A DNA stretch of 61,431 nucleotides, the filler included, from Diploschistes diacapsis (taxonomy: Eukaryota): assembly GCA_023645945.1 (NCBI GenBank). It is 5 parts of 5 records of this genome, joined end to end, with 100 filler letters (N's around TTAATTAATTAA, not from the genome) between each part and the next. Parts side by side here need not be neighbours in the genome. Positions count along the whole stretch, not along the records: positions 30,626 to 38,262 come from JALAIB010001261.1; positions 38,363 to 45,997 come from JALAIB010001262.1; positions 46,098 to 53,722 come from JALAIB010001263.1; 2 more parts are not named here. The stretch is one strand, 5' to 3'. A program made the translations under genes and the position numbers. The notes beneath the pieces are model-generated. The model was not told the origin of the DNA. It searched no databases and saw nothing but the letters and a program-made list of their open reading frames with translations. The first letter of the stretch is position 1, and each line of letters starts with the position of its first letter. Positions 37,101 through 50,300 of the stretch are shown here, piece after piece.

Positions 37101-37935
37101 ATGTTTATCTGAAGATCCCAGGTTGCGGTATAAGAGTTGCTGCGTACTAGACTCCTTTTACGATGCAATAAGTGCAGGAGACCTCATGCCCGGCTCTAAA
37201 CTCTTCAGCGCCACAGCGCTAGACCCTTTACAGGATGCGATGACCGAGGCAGCAAGGCTCAGCTATACCACCGGCTATCCTCTTCTCCAAACGGACCACG
37301 TACAGGACGCGACAGGTATGAGTGGAGACATCGTGCTCGCACTAAAGCTCTGCTCCCGAAGCCTCGCTCTAGGCTCGAATCAGCCCCTGGACCGAAGCCA
37401 GCTCTGCGAGCTCATCGTCTCACGGAAGCCGACCCTAGACGCTCTCGTCTCCTGCAGCCGCGACGCCCTAACCACCGCCCTCGAACCCCTCGCCCTCTTC
37501 CAGAACGAATCTGTTGACGGTAAAGCCAACTCCATCCTCGGCTCCGAAAACCGCCTCTCTAACATCGCAGCCGACATCTGCCCCTTTGTCCGCGGCATCG
37601 TGTCGTACGACCTACAGCTCGAACAGGAGCGCCTCCGCCTCAGCAATCTCGTCTCTGAAGGCGGCAGAGCGGGGAAGAAGCAGCGCAAGACGCGAGCGAG
37701 CAGAGCAGCGTTGGAGGGAGGGAGCAAGGCGAATACCAGACGAGAAAGGTGGTTTACTACCGAGCTAAATTTTCCTCTAGTATTGGAGACTGCTGGGACG
37801 GGATGGCAGGAGGCTCTACGGCGATGGGAAAAGGCGGAGAAGAAGGAGGAGAACGTAGAAGGACTTGGAGAGAGGGAGGGAGTCGAACAGCACATTCAAG
37901 CCAGTAGCTCGGACGTGGACATGCTGGAGGGGTGA
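34152..37935 (+). CDS. ELG1: Elg1/ATAD5 RFC-like PCNA unloader large subunit
   Basis: WKTKYAPK box, Walker A [26 protein letters not shown], Walker B LILLEEVDVLFEEDKNFW, SRRPIVMTC and DLRSSIQQLQFW. Probable exon 1 from ATG 34152 (ending IHPFFRL), with an intron at about 34225-34282. Confidence 0.88.
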
Positions 37936-38262
37936 TGGGGGGATTGACGGGGAGGGAGTCCACGAAAGAGGATCATTTGAGATGGCCATTATTTTCGGCT
38001 TAGCATGCATGGTCCTGGTGTTACGGATTCAGTTCACCGACGGTAGAGCGGATCAAAGGCGCTATAGGTACATGAGAGCAGCAGTGAAATTTGGGACTGT
38101 AAGCATGCCATATCAGCCATTTCAGCCCGTAGATTACTTGAGTTATCGGGCTACAGCCCTAAGTTTGTTTCCGCTAGACCCAAAGACGTTAGCTCGACTT
38201 CCGGTTTCAAGGCCTCGGCTTATCGAGAACGGAAGCGGAAAAGTAGGAGAAGCTTATAACGG

Positions 38263-38362
38263 NNNNNNNNNNNNNNNNNNNNNNNNNNNNNNNNNNNNNN
38301 NNNNNNTTAATTAATTAANNNNNNNNNNNNNNNNNNNNNNNNNNNNNNNNNNNNNNNNNNNN
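38263..38362. other. Artificial contig linker
   Basis: N44-TTAATTAATTAA-N44. Confidence 0.98.
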
Positions 38363-39548
38363 GGAGTAAGGGGAAGGATGAGGATGCGAGGGGGGAGCAC
38401 CCGGTTTGGGTGAGGGAGTTGATGGTAGAGCAGGGTGTGAAGGCGCTGCCGCGGAGTATGGAGGTGCTTGGGAGATGCTATGACTCGAGAGAGTTTTGGG
38501 ACAAATTTGGACTTGCGCCCGTAAGAGCTCGCATATGAAAATTGAAAGGGTTTCACTTGGCTCAAAACAAGGTATGGACTTACGAGTGATCATTCTCGTT
38601 ATGAACAAGAGACAGGCGCCCAACCTCTCTGGGGCAGAATTACTTCCGGTCGAGCCAAAAGAGGACAGCGCGTAGCTGAGACAAAGTCTGGAGAATATAC
38701 CTCGCTATTTAGTTCGCATTACCACACCGTGATCTGTCTAACGGCACTACTGATAGCGCGTGGCACGAAGTCTAAAGACGCCAGACATAACCTACCACAT
38801 ATTGCGGCTGACGTCCCTGCTAGACAATATAAAATCTCGAGTCGCGAGAATGCTTTATGAGCATCTCTCTAGTTGTGGTAGGGAACTCCTTCAGACTCGA
38901 AACATCTGGTTTCATGAACCAGTCATTTGATATTTTGCACTGCAATACATGTTTTACCGACACTGCAATTCGAAAGATGGATCAAGTATGGCCACCATTT
39001 ATCTTTGTATAAGAAGTCGAACACAGCTGCTTTTCCTAAGAATGTGTTGCTTCAAGTTACGGGTCTCATTCGCACGTTCCCGCTTATTAGACTATGGTCT
39101 TCGAAACTTTAAATGTCTTCGGACGAAGAGACACAGAAAATTCATAGGATCACCGTACTTTGGAAGTATCTCTGACATATAGCTAACAAACGTTACCTAT
39201 TGATCAAAAAACACAGCTGAATTATAAACGCACTGTCTGCAGATGATTTTGCTGAAAGCTGAATTGATGCATTCACGGACATTTCTGATATGCTGAGTTT
39301 AAATGCGGAATCTTTCGGCAGCAAGAACCAGTCTCGGCCATAGTTATTGTACTGTCATATTCATATACACACTTGTCTTCTGTGACGAATTGGAACCTAT
39401 ATCTCAACAATAAGAAGACTCTTTAACAAGACTCACCCGGTACATGTGCCTCTGTCCTTCAAACTTGTTACCGTGTGTTCAAGGCTCTTCCACTGTTCTT
39501 CCGACCCCTTCATCTTATCTATTGCCCGAATATCTTTCTTCCAATCAT

Positions 39549-40762
39549 CATGACGACGCATTGAATTTGTGCACCGCTTGCAACAAAGCCAAAGGTCATC
39601 TCTGCGTTCGATGTAAAAGTGCCGGTATTGTTTGACGGCATAACAAAAGGCCGATGGCCTATCCATAGCTACCATGTGCAACTTCTCCGACTTCAATGCT
39701 GCAAAGCGAGCAACTGACGAGCATTTCCAAGCGATTCTCTTCCTAGTCCATGAGGAGAGGCCCAAAACCAATGCAAATGGCACAATGACGAAGACAGCCG
39801 CTATCAGCATCCTGAGGCCAAACCATTTCTAGGTTCTAATGCTTTTTCCATGGGATGCGCCACTTCAGTACTATCCTTTGTTGAGAAGAACACGGTCAGA
39901 CACAGTATACGTCTGTTATTGTGACGCCTTTCTCAATGATGGATCAGCCCGAAACAAGAGCACCGCAGCCATCACTACACCAAACCCAGACATTTTCACG
40001 ACTGGAGAGCTCCGATCATTGTCTATAGTAAGGTGGGACCAGGCATCAATCATATCTCTTATAAGGAGCTTGACATGAACGACTTCCGATACGTTGCCGA
40101 CTGCTTTCTCTCGTACCATTATGAATCAGCGCCAGATAATCAGCAGTCCATCAGCATTAAGGTCAAGGGTGTCAGGATCAATTGCATGGGCGATCAGGTG
40201 ATGTACAACAAACAGCTCTTGGAGGGAGTTGTGATTCCCTCATCAGATCCGATCTTCTCTAAACACGAGACTCGGAGATTGCGAAGCGCATCGAATTTGT
40301 ATTCTCACACGAAGTCATCCTCCAAACCCAAAGGGAGTGAACGACCAGGATAACGAGATCTTTAAAACCAATGCCCTTTACCAATCAGGATTTTACATTC
40401 CTGCATCTGTGCTGCGATCTGAAAGCCGGCTTCGACCTTTGCACAGGAGCAATGGGTTGGGATGGACTTCCAGATAGTGGCAGAGCGGTGTGCGAAGTAT
40501 CATAGTTGTGCGTCAAGACAAAAAGCCACTGTTTCCACTGCATGTGGAGGCACTGTGCGGGTACTGTCGCGACGAGATACCTCCGCTTCTAGCTCACTCT
40601 AACGGAAAGTATGCACCAGAAAATCCAATGGAAAAGGATGCTGTTCTGGCTATGACCTACCGACCTACCTTTGTCATCTGCTGGTATAAACTGGTGGAGG
40701 AGAAGCGTAACAGAAACGGGGATGCGAGCGCCCCTGGTCCATACGACGAATGGTGCTGCTAA
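39549..40762 (+). pseudogene. Degenerate MYND-type zinc-finger protein gene
   Basis: Fragments across frames: CTACNKAKGHLCVRCKSA / RYCLTA*QKAD / WPIH / SDFNAAKRATDEHFQAILF, then DAFLNDGSARNKS, DMNDFRYVAD, KVKGVRINCMGD and SIIVVRQDKKPLFPLHVEALCGYC. Several frameshifts and a stop fall inside the MYND motif. Confidence 0.7.
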
Positions 40763-41586
40763 AGCCTGGGACGTGATCAGGGTAAGTAGATAGATGCTGA
40801 GTTAAGGTGTTTCACTTTATGGTCTGTTTGACAGTTAGGTGTTGGCTGTCAAGCACTGGTGATATGTTCATCAGTGTTAGAGCTCATGTGCTGATATAGG
40901 TGAGTTACAGTCCCTGTCCTTCTTCAATAGTCGTAATTATTATTGTAATAACTTTATAAAAAGGTGTTATGTTAATCGATTTTCAATCCTATGTAAGTGT
41001 AATAGCTGATCTGGCGGTAGATGTTGGAACCCACACACAAGCTAGAATGCTGTAGAGGGCCAATAGATCTTGTAATGATGGCAAAGCCTGCTTACTACTT
41101 TACTCTATTAGACAAATCCTAACTCTTAGCTCGGCCGAAACATGGTTATCTCACAGTCGACATCAGAATCGGGAAGGGGGCTGTTTAACATATATAGTCT
41201 ACAGGACAAGTGCTAAGAGCTCTAATATTCCGACTCAATCAGGCCTTCCATATTAGGGAATTGTACCTGCTGCTGAAACCATCTCCTGGGAAGCCGGATA
41301 TATATATGAGGTTAAGGCAGGTCACCTCTCACACACTGCACTCCACATTAAAGGTCCAGTTTCTAACGTCAGCAGGCAACCTTATGCACTACAATGCACC
41401 ACAAAGACCAGACCACCAGTGCTAGAAGGCAATAAAAAGTGATATCTATCACGCCATACAATCTGTGAGGTATTGCTTAAACATCTCACGTCTTGGGCAT
41501 CATAATCATGCCCTCTTCCATTATTCTCGCGACGACTCTCTCTTTTGATATGGAATTATCAGCCCTCCACTAAGAACTGTTCTGTT

Positions 41587-42801
41587 ATGGCGTTGCTCAA
41601 AGACCTGCCTCTGGAGATTCGGCAAGAAATTTATCCATACTTACTCGTCATGGAAAAGGTCGCTTATGAAGAAGCATCTACTTCCGAATGGAGAGCCGCA
41701 TTCTGCACTTCCCTGTTCCTGGTCGACAAGCAAATTTCTAGAGAGAGCCTGAACTTTTTCTATGTGTGGAATGCCTTCAGCATAGTAAGGGTTCACTGCC
41801 TTAGTGACCCAATGATCCACGAGCTTCATCGGGCGATGCTTGTGAAAGTGGTCCCTGATGAATCCATACCGCGCAATCATTCAAACTTTCCGGTTGATGC
41901 CTGTTTGATCTATACTGCAAAGGGTCGATGCAGTAAGGGAACAACGCTAGTGGTCCCTGCAAAGGAGATGAACTTCTTTGTACGGCTTCTCAGCCAGCGG
42001 CATGCAGTAAGATGGGCGGGACAGGACTTGGCTGTTGAAGCTTCCCTAACACTTAATCTGCAGGGACCGCTTTTCGGCAACAGACCCATAATTCAAGACA
42101 ACGTTAAGCTACCGTGGAACCATCTCTCGACACCGAATGACCGTTTGGCTGTCAATGTTTATAATGTCAGGACTGATGGGAGCCTGCACATCATCGGGCA
42201 AATGAAAACTCGACCATACTCCGGTAGAGATACCATCGTTTTCTGTTATCAGTACCTACAACTCATTAAGTCACTGATTGATCGAGGTTATTACAAAGAC
42301 GCGCTTAGGAAGGTCAAGGGCTTGGAGGTCTTATTGAGATGCAAAGACAGTGGAGCCGTGGCAAACGATCCTGTTCTTCCATATTTTTTGGTCATTCTTG
42401 AGATGCACATGGATCTTACAAAGTCTATTTGCTGCGCTCGACTCAAATTGCTCAGGTTTGCCGTGTACGCCATCTGGATTGCTGAGGAGAAGTCTAAAAC
42501 TGCCGCGGCGTCTCTGCATGCACAATCTGTCCACGGTCAAGCTCCTTCATATTGGGATTTCTGTAATGGCTGCGAGCTTTTCCCAGTCGATCCCTTCGAG
42601 TTGCCAATCAAGCTAATCACAGAGTTGCTGCACAAGAAGGAATCAGCAGAACCCTCTCGATTTTTTTCTACATCGGCAATGTTGTATGCTGTTAGACACG
42701 TGAGCGCAACGATCAAGGAACTGAAAAAGGATTTCCAGCGATCCTATCCTGACCTTGTCTCTGATCCGCACAAGTTTTTGAACAACCGATACAGACTTTG
42801 A
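41587..42801 (+). CDS. Hypothetical protein with N-terminal F-box-like motif
   Basis: Intact ~404-aa ORF starting MALLKDLPLEIRQEIYPYLL and containing FCTSLFLVDKQISRESLNFFY. Confidence 0.65.
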   Translation: MALLKDLPLEIRQEIYPYLLVMEKVAYEEASTSEWRAAFCTSLFLVDKQISRESLNFFYVWNAFSIVRVHCLSDPMIHELHRAMLVKVVPDESIPRNHSNFPVDACLIYTAKGRCSKGTTLVVPAKEMNFFVRLLSQRHAVRWAGQDLAVEASLTLNLQGPLFGNRPIIQDNVKLPWNHLSTPNDRLAVNVYNVRTDGSLHIIGQMKTRPYSGRDTIVFCYQYLQLIKSLIDRGYYKDALRKVKGLEVLLRCKDSGAVANDPVLPYFLVILEMHMDLTKSICCARLKLLRFAVYAIWIAEEKSKTAAASLHAQSVHGQAPSYWDFCNGCELFPVDPFELPIKLITELLHKKESAEPSRFFSTSAMLYAVRHVSATIKELKKDFQRSYPDLVSDPHKFLNNRYRL

Positions 42802-43489
42802 TTCGAGTAAATCGAGATGAGAATGAGAGGTCATTTAAGGCTAGTAACTCATGGGCAGGTTTATGTCGGCACTGAGACCATCGAGGCGATCACGGACAAG
42901 CAAGACCCCATCTTTATTATAATTTAGACATGGCGTTGAACTAGCTTTTGGCTCCAAATCTTAGTTAGCAACTTACAGCCTTGACAGGACCACACCCAAT
43001 AGGGCCGTGTACTAGGGGACTCGTTTAAACCCCGGATTTTTTTCCAGGATGGAATATAATATTTCGGTCGAGCATGTCAAAGTTACAAGATGCATTCGAA
43101 AAGTGGCCAATGACTCGTGGTTCTAGACTCCGAGAGTATGCAACGTAGAAAACTTGGATCTATCTTCTTTTCCATCCTAATAATCTACATGTCCACCAAG
43201 CGCCTCAAAGGTCCGTCAAACCTAGTATAGATTTGATTGCTTTGAGCTTATAGTCCTGCACTCACGAAGACAACATAGATGACTCATGCCTCAGCGACTA
43301 TAAAGTCTTCAACGTGGTGGTTTTCGAGACTGTACCATTTCCTCTTCATCAGGACATCCTTATGCCATTCATCTACGACCTGTTCATCGAATCATCTTTG
43401 CCCTTCTTTGACACTTTGGCTCTATTGCCGCATCCCCCATCGACCAGAACTAAGCTGCAAGACTGCACACCAACTAAGAGATACCAGGG

Positions 43490-44700
43490 TAATCATCACG
43501 TCCTTGAAAGCTTTGCCGCTCGAGATCAGAGAGGAGATCTACTCTTCCCTTCTCATTGATCACAATTTGTACCAAGGGGACGGCTACAAAATGAAATTCT
43601 GTACGGCTGTATTCTTGGTCAATAGAAGAATCTCGCTGGAGACAACATGGTATTTTTACACGCAGAATGCGTTTTGTCGAAGCACTGGTCTGGAGACTTT
43701 GCTGGCATCATTAGCCACCCGGCGGGATCCTATATAGTGGCCAGCTACAATATAGAAAAGTCAGAGACTCTTCCTACTCAGCAAGCGAACAATCTCTCCT
43801 CCACACACATTTCAAAGAGGGCAGGGAAGATGACTCCAAAAGGGATCTCAACTGCGACGGCCAGCACATCTTGTCTTGAAAGTAACTTCGTACCTTTTTG
43901 AAGCTTCTGAACGGATTTCAATAGTGCTGTGCGAAAGGACGGGTCGAAGTCTTGGTCGGAGGTTGAAAGATCACCGTTGACCTTGACACGGAGTGCAAAT
44001 ATTTCGTGAAACAGTGAACTCATTCAGCAGCGAGGTAGAGATGTCGTGGGAACTTAAGGGTCCAAGATAGCACGCCAGGCTTCCAATTCTTTTCTCGTCA
44101 CTTTACTCACGAGAATTCGAGCCAGTACAGCACTGTTTCCTGCTTTTCCCTCGACGGCATTGGTAACATCTTCCCGGAGCAATTCGCTTCCCTTGAACGT
44201 CAAATCCATCAGCCAATCACTCCCGGACAAGTCTCCAGGATTGTAAAGAGGCCTTTGACATGGGTCAAGCACTTTACCAGAGAGGAGGCTTCACAAAAGA
44301 TGCGTTTATTTACTTCGACTATGTCAAAATGCAAAACAACTGACATTTGGTCTTGGTATTTCAACTGTCAAGATGCCGAGGAGTGTGGCGCAATGACTAT
44401 CGAAGTACATGTCAAGATGTGTCACGAATATGCGACAAGGCCTGTAACAAAGCGATACGGATCTTGCATAGATGATGCTTACGAGATCGGTAATTATATA
44501 CTGATGCCTTCCTTACCGACGGTTCTCATCCCAGACTTGTCACTGACTTGCCAAATTTGGAAAGACTGATCCAAAGACTCTTGAGCGCGCTGAGTGATAG
44601 AGGACGCCTGGAACCAATAGAACAGGGTGGGCGAAGACTGGCAGCTTCTCTTGCGCAAGGGAAGGTATAGTACAAAAGGTTGCGCCGCTTCTTCAACTTA
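43490..44700 (+). pseudogene. Degenerate paralog of the 41587-42801 F-box-like gene
   Basis: SLKALPLEIREEIYSSLLI...FCTAVFLVNRRISLETTWYFYTQNAF aligns by eye with the upstream gene; the frame then breaks repeatedly. The 3' limit is approximate. Confidence 0.55.
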
Positions 44701-45681
44701 TAGAAAGACTCAGGAATATACCGAAGGACTGGATATTTGATAGTACTGGATTCATTTCGAAGAGTTGGGTCCATGGTTTAGCTTAGCAGTATATCAGCTT
44801 TGACCCGCTGCGAGTGTCCTGGGTACTCGAATCGAAGTTGCATGAAGGTGAAAACTTTGTCTGCGCAGGGATTCCATATTTATTAGAGGTTCAGTTTCGG
44901 GCTATCAAGACAACTGGCATGCTGCGAAACGGCTACAGAGCCCTCGTGAACATTTTTTTCCATGGAGGACGTAACGTACGAAACTCGGGGGGAATCGCAA
45001 CGATCCAGATACATAGAGGGTCACCTAATGAAAACGACAGCTCATCCATTGGGTTCACTCCAGAGCAGTTGCTCTTTCGCGCATTTTACTACATTGTGGC
45101 CAGCAAGAACGTCCTACTATTATTGATATGGGTCTGCCTGGGAGTTGTTTATCCCCAATGCCAGCTACTTCAAGTGTCAAAAGTCAGAGTGGACATCTTT
45201 TGCATTTGCCCTCCAAGCCGTCTATGAGCGTCAAAGAATTACTCGGACAATTCGCCTATGGGAGAGAACTGCTGGGTTGGTACCGGGCTTCCAGAACGCT
45301 CTGTATAGCTTAATGTGCCTTCATGATACAACGGGGAGTCTCGCAACGGATGGCATATCAGTAAAGTTTGTTTCAGAGTAGTACAACATGCGTGCCATGG
45401 CAATTTACTGAAGTTGATTTTGTGATGCTTGTTATTGCCGCTCATCACTTGATGTTCTTGAGCCTCTGCGGTGGATTGCAGCAATGTGCAACCATAGAAC
45501 CACTAGATTACCCCGAAGGCTACAAGAAAATGGTGTACGGGTGTGCCATATTGTGGCTCAATGTTTCCAGCAAAGATGGTGTGTTTCATAGCAAACTCAC
45601 GAATCCAGGTCATAGTTGTAGATTCTTATAATTCTTTCTTAATGCACCAACCAATGCTGTGAATTTCCATTTCTATTTAGG

Positions 45682-45997
45682 TGTTAAGGAACAGGGCGAT
45701 TCGGGAGTATCACCTGTTCCCTATCCCGTCCATATAAACCTTATAGGGCTAACAATTAATCTATATATACGTTAAGTTAGGTCCCATATAAATTTATATG
45801 TATATTTTTTTAAGTCATTTAGTATTTATATCACGTGATAACAATTTTTATTATTAAAACTTCTTTTTTTTTATATATTTTAGAACTCTTTTTTAAAGCT
45901 TAATATATCGTTTATTAAATTATTTAGATAATTAATATTTAGATAGCTTTTTTGCGACATTATTAGTTATTAATTAGCCCTACGCGTCTTATATTTT
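45682..45997. mobile_element. AT-rich, RIP-like repeat relic at contig end (possible LTR starting TGTTA)
   Basis: Abrupt switch to very AT-rich, TpA-rich sequence. A TG...CA bracket at 45682-45959 is possible but weak. Confidence 0.45.
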
Positions 45998-46097
45998 NNN
46001 NNNNNNNNNNNNNNNNNNNNNNNNNNNNNNNNNNNNNNNNNTTAATTAATTAANNNNNNNNNNNNNNNNNNNNNNNNNNNNNNNNNNNNNNNNNNNN
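45998..46097. other. Artificial contig linker
   Basis: N44-TTAATTAATTAA-N44. Confidence 0.98.
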
Positions 46098-47003
46098 ATA
46101 TTTACCAGCGTATACCTCTTACGTCCTTTAATTTCTAAATATTAATCTATTTGACCTATTTATGTATATCTATAAAGAACGAATCGGAACGCTATTATAA
46201 TATAACGTTATTTATATTAATAAATATTTTTTTTTAAAATTCTTATTAACGCTCGAATAAATGTTTACATTATTAAAAACGCTCGCGCCGCGTAAAAAAG
46301 TATCGGTATCGAGTTCTTCGACTCTTTTAGATCGATTTCTAAAATTCTCGACGCCGTCGACGATTTTTTTAACGTCTCTAAAGTTCGCTATATTTTATTT
46401 ACGACGTCTCGAACTTTCCGAGAGGTAAATCTTTTAAAAAACTCGATTTTAGATTTTCGATAGGAGCTTAAAATGCCCCGAAATTTCCCTAAAATAACTA
46501 AAACGATTAAAAAAATTCTTACGGAAGTTACGCTTCTAGCGATAAAAAATAAGAGATTTAAAAAAATCTCGACATATCGTTAGAAACATAAACGCATTAT
46601 CGTGATTATAAGAGATAAATTTTTAATTTTTATAAAAACTACTGACGCGCGTTAAACGAAAGAATAAGTATTTTACGAGATTAATAGGCAGGAGAGGCAG
46701 AAGCAGGCCAGAAAAAAGAAACTGGCAGTGCTTCAGGCTACTGAAATATACAAGAATAAAAAGATAATCCCGAAAGGAAGACTGGTTATCTTAAAAAGAC
46801 TTTCTGTCGCCAGCGTCGTCGACGCTGGCGATCAGACATAATAAGATAAATTTATAGAATTAGCTATAACTACTATTCGATTTACAGGGCTTCAAATTAA
46901 TTATTTTAAAAGATATTTCATTTTAAATATTTATTATTGTAGTTTTGTTATTGTATCACGTGCTCGGTAACTAGGGTCTGCTCGGGTACTAGGGTCACGA
47001 CTC
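46098..47003. mobile_element. RIP-like degenerate DNA transposon end (Tc1/mariner-pogo type suspected)
   Basis: AT-rich body with CpG retained and CpA/TpG scarce. It ends in two 18-bp tandem subrepeats, TGCTCGGTAACTAGGGTC and TGCTCGGGTACTAGGGTC (46961-46996), then ACGACTC and a TA dinucleotide, where normal composition resumes. Confidence 0.6.
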
Positions 47004-47301
47004 TACCAACCTATCAATTCATCTTCTCCTGACCTGCTCCTCTTTATTGCTTTTAAGCCCAACAAGGCCTCGCACCATCCAACGTCTAAGAAGGTTGTTT
47101 GTCTTATAACGAGTTTAACTGCGACCGACACAATACCCGACATTTCTCGCTAAGCGCTGTGCCCTCGCCGTTCTCCATGCTGAACGGCACGCTGAGTGCT
47201 CTGGGAGCGTAAAATCCCCAGATAATCTGTGCAGGGTGGAACAGATCCTCTTTTTCTGCATGCTTGACTGTGCGCCGCAGGGCACTGTTGGTTAATTCGA
47301 C

Positions 47302-50300
47302 ATGACCTTTCCCGGGCCTGTTTCCACATCATCCGCCCAGGAATCCCTGCGAATACACACCTACAGCCCACAGAGCTATGCCGCCATGCGATCTGCGCAA
47401 AACGCCTCGACGCCGTCACCGAAAACAAGTACAGGTGTTCCCAATGACACCTCGAAATGGGGTGGCAGATACAATCCAGGCCACATCAAGGATCGGGAGC
47501 GAAAGCCCTCACTTCCGGTACCGTTCATTACCCCTTCCTGGCATCCCGTTTCACACTCTGATGCGGCGATCCCGAGACACTGACCCTATGTGCAGGCGAA
47601 ATTGTCGAGTGGCCCGCAAGAAAGACCAGATCGCTCGACAACGGCCAATAGCCCAACGCCGCCGGGCCTAGGCCGCAAGGTATCTGACGGAGGTTACAAG
47701 TTGCAGCCCATAGCATACTCGCCAAACTTGCAGCAGCAGCACGATGATCGGCAGTCTTGGGGGAAAGGCGACGACGAAGAATTGATAAATGTCGCTCCGC
47801 TCGCGAAGCCGGAGGCCAAGTCCTCAATGCAGCTGCCACCAAAACTTCCTCCTTTATACTTCGAGCAGAACAGTATCGACAAGCTGGACTTTGCATATCA
47901 ACACCTCCGTTCTCCTTCAAAGACACAACCTCAATCCGCTGTGAACGGCACGCATGATAGAGTATTGGGTGCGTCACCGAACGGCCCTGCCGAATCGCGA
48001 GCACCTCCCAGGCCATCACCGTCACCAATCAACACCGACATACCGAATAATCAAAGCAGTCGGCATGGACGCGATGCGATGAAGAAAGCGGATCGAATTG
48101 GCGAGAATGACGGCGAAGAAGAAGACCACGACGATGACGACGAAGAAGAAGAAGAAGGTATTGGAGCAAGAGGCGGATCTTTCTACTGGCAGCAGTCTCC
48201 TCACTCCACAGAAAGTGGCGACGAGAGTTCGTTCGATAAGGAAGACGAGGCGGATAAGAAATCCAAAGACGACGGGGGGGAAGACGAGGAGGAGACCGAG
48301 GGCGCCAACAAGCTTCAGCTCGGGCTTGGCATCAAGCCTGTCGTCTCGAGTGCGTCCGAAAACGGATTAACGAGTGCCTCAGCGTTCGGTCCCGGTGGGC
48401 CCTCGGACTGGATGCATTTCAATGACTACGATGCAACAGAGGAAGTCGATGACCTTGCTCTTTATACTTCAAATAAACCGAAGACGGCCGAACTGCCTGC
48501 CGGCCAAGTTCCGAACGAGGAGGAGGCGAACAAGCTTGAGGAATCTTTCTCACCCAGGCGGCTTATGGCTGGCGATCGCGAGGTGCTACCAACGATCCAA
48601 GAGAGGGCTTCAGAGAATCTGGAAGATATAACCAAAAGTTCAGCATACGAACAGCCTCCACAGTCAGACGCCTCATCAGCAAAAGACTCTCTTTCTTCGG
48701 CGAAAGGCTCTGTTGTACTCACAGAGAGCCCGTCAACATCGTCTCAGGAAGCCATTGCCGCGGAACCAACTGTCGCACAGGCGCAAGAGTCACGACGAGC
48801 TTCCAGCGAAGCGAACGTTTTCGTGCAGGAAGAGACACAGAGGCACTCCTCGGCGAGCCAGGTTGCAGCTCAACAAGAAGATGTGCGGGCACCCGAGGCC
48901 AAGGAGCCGCCGAGTCCGGATCCGAAAGCAAGGGATGAGACGCCGCAAGAGCAGGATAATGTAATACAACGCGCTTCCGTGCCAAATAGCACCCATACAA
49001 GAGTGCTCAGCAATCAATCCAGCCAGCTCAACAGTCCTATCGACGACGACGATGGAAAGGAGCAAATCATTATATCGCTCCAAGTCCCAGATGGTCCTGC
49101 ACCGGATAAAGCGGAGCATGCTAAATCAGTGGAGGAGAAACCCCGCGAGAGACAGCTTAGTGTCGTCACCAATGTAGAACCCAAGAGCCTGGACTCTCCA
49201 GACTTACTGAAGTCGGGCAGGAAGAGCATGACCGTCTTTCCGCAGTCCGCCGAGATGGACAATCCTTACGCGGGCCTCGACCCCTGGGCAAAAGCTTCTC
49301 TAAATCGATACGTTAAGATGTTGAAAGAAGAGGCTACGGCAGAGACGGACGAGGAGAGGTTCACAATATTCCTCAACTTTACGCACAAGGAGACTAGGAA
49401 CCGGACGGTTCTGTACAACATGGAGGACGAGTCCGATATGTCGGAACACCCCAACAAGGTTGAGACTATTCAAGATAAAGATGGTAACCTTCGACCGAAG
49501 ACGAGCATTCGGTCCAAGATTTTACCGTCCTTGCCACCGCCAAACGAACCTATTCCACCCATACCGCCGCAAATGCAGTCCGCGCGAGCAGAGACGACAC
49601 CCGCTCAGGATGAGAGTCCTCCTGTACCCAAAAACGTCCTTGGGCAAGCCGTGCGAGCGGAGACCATGCCAATTCAACGCATTGGAATTCAGAAGGAGAA
49701 GGCCAACGTACCGAGGGAAGCTGGGAGCAACGAGTCGCAGAAAGAACCAAAAATAGCGGCGGAGCAGCCTCCCGCTACGGCTCCGCCACAGCAGACAAAC
49801 TTCGCCACCCAAGGCACGTCGGACGACTCGTTTGTGATGGTCGATTCTCCAGCGGCCGAAGAAAAGCCTCAACCGCAAGGGAAACACAGGCAACTCAAGG
49901 ATAAGCATTCGAAAGAGTTAAGAGAGAAGGGCTCCGGCCACCTAAAGGAAAGGCTATCCAAGGAGTCAAAAGAGAAGCAGCCGAGCGGGAAAGCCGGAAC
50001 GTCGCTATCTTCCCTCAAGAAAGCTTTGGACCTTGTTGCAAGAAGCGCAGGATCCAAAGACAAAGCTACTCAACCCTCAAACCTCCAGACCTTACTCTCT
50101 AAGGCTGGTGAAGATGGTAAGAAGCCTGCATCGCCTGTTACGGCAGGTAAGACCGGTGCACCTGAGGCAGAGACGCCATCCGCAACTGGTTCCGAGAAGC
50201 AAGGCGACAAGCCGTCTTCCAGAGCCAGCGAAGGAGAAGGACGTGCGTACGAGGGCGACAAAGCTGCTAATCGGCAAACCATCTATAGGCCCTTCTCCGG

